Shown: piece after piece, positions 62,546 to 64,000 of the stretch
Layout: each line of letters begins with the position of its first letter
Position numbering within the stretch: the stretch's first letter is position 1
Source of the DNA: Zancudomyces culisetae HAW-14-8
Taxonomy: Eukaryota; Fungi; Kickxellomycota
Assembly: GCA_052426225.1 (NCBI GenBank)
Contig: JBNJNM010000021.1
Coordinates: forward strand, 2,604,001 to 2,668,000
Length of the DNA stretch: 64,000 bases
Direction of reading: 5' to 3'
Translations under genes and position numbers: made by a program
The notes under the pieces: generated by a model
The model's input: the letters and a program-made list of their open reading frames with translations, nothing else
The model's database searches: none
What the model was told of the DNA's origin: nothing

Positions 62546-64000
62546 AATGTGTATGTATGTATATTATAACTGGTACATAGATTGTGAAAATATTAAAATG
62601 TTTGTGGCAATAAATAAAGTGAAGGATTACAGCAAGGCTTACTGCTCTTGAGATTTTTTTTTGTGGTAAAAACCCCTTAATATGATAAGTATAACACGCG
62701 ACTGAAAAATTAGATAAACTTCACTCTGGTCTATATAATAGAAAAAGCAGCCATGTCATACATTTGTGTAAAGTTAGGTTTAAATAGCTTTAGTGGTACG
62801 TTAATATGGTGGATACATTTTTTGGGTTGGAAAATGGCTGTTTTAGATTTAATTGGAACTGAAAAAGCCTAAGATTCCCAAACCAGAAAATATTCTGAGT
62901 GTTGTGACAATATGGTATTTACGTGGTAGTATATCCTTTTAGTTAGCCAAGGGGAGGCTCAAATTCTCTCTTTCAAAATAAACGTGCAAACCTAAACGCA
63001 GGAACCAAAGAAATGTAATAATGGGAGATATGTGGTCTGGATGTACATTAAAATTTTATTGATTTATTGAAAAAATGTTTTTCAACGAAAAGGTTGGTAA
63101 ATCAATACATTTAGAGCCATTAAAAATGCAACTAAAAGTTTTTTTTTCTGTTCGCTGGGGAAAAGCCTTTCTTGTCTTTGGCTTGAAAAAAACGAGTGGT
63201 GAAATATGTTTATACTAGATATTGGTAGTGCTCATTGAAATCGTGGTAAAATAATTGCTATACTGATTTTAAAAATATCAAGGCAATGTGAAAAAGGTTT
63301 ATAAACAATACCACTGTTATTTTCAAGAAGTATAAAACAATAAAGTAAACAATATGACTTAGTGTATGTGTGTTTGCGAAAAAAAAATTCAGGACGAGTA
63401 AACACAAGTCAGAGTATATTTAAGGTGTGAATATTCGGGTGATCTAATTTAAGTGCAAAGTGAAGGTCATTTAGAAATAATAGATTAGGGATTTGCGGCA
63501 AGTTGATTATATTTTACATTTGAAACAAGATTTTCCTAGTCAAAATGTAGTCAAGCGATGCAATTCATTCCCAGAAACCTTTTAGGAAATAGATAACATA
63601 GTGTAGGTGTATCTAAAAAAATATTGTGATTAGCGTGATCAATTTTATCTCGGAAGGGAAATCTAAGCCGCCACTTACTTGGAGGTACTTTTATCATAAT
63701 GCGCTTATAGGTTTCTAATTATAAAAAAAAAAGAATTCGCACAATAAAAGGACCAAGGACCCAATAGATATTGTGAAAAAACAGTTAATCGGAATAATAG
63801 AAAATGAGTTTTAGCGAAATTTTGTTGTTGAGTTTAGCGCAGGTTTAGCACGCTGTTGTGTATACACTACGTGTCATGCGAGAGAAAGTGAATGCGTGTG
63901 GACTCATGTGTTAACTTTTATAGTACCGCTAAACTGCATTTGCGTAATTAGTTACAAGTGTTAAAGGGAGAGGGGGAGAGGGGGAGAGGACAAAATAAAA

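Overview
AT-rich, intron-containing eukaryotic DNA, almost certainly fungal. An early-diverging lineage such as Kickxellomycotina/Harpellales is my guess from composition and protein divergence, not demonstrated. The dominant feature is one young L1-clade non-LTR retrotransposon (LINE) present as 9 near-identical copies at 3 loci. Locus 1 is a head-to-tail array of 5 copies (1-9287) that includes one intact full-length ORF1+ORF2 element. Locus 2 is a head-to-tail array of 3 truncated copies (18362-20187). Locus 3 is a single 3.2-kb copy with a 17-bp TSD that interrupts the last 26 codons of a YME2-like gene (36932-40157). At both loci whose upstream flank is visible, the LINE sits 0.18-0.34 kb downstream of a cytosolic ribosomal-protein gene (RPL32, RPL15) and in the same orientation. 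Junction sequences indicate that the arrays grow by repeated insertion into earlier copies. Host genes: a NamZ/DUF1343-like secreted enzyme with an in-frame stop, cytochrome P450, CDK11 (PITSLRE), RPL32, dual-specificity phosphatase, a 748-aa hypothetical protein, MFS (Dal5/Tna1-type) permease, YME2, RPL15, RNase III-like mitoribosomal protein, PP2A B56, LAT/MUP1-type amino-acid permease, R3HCC1-like protein, DMC1 and aminoacylase-1. Exon coordinates were derived by hand from GT-AG sites and reading-frame continuity.
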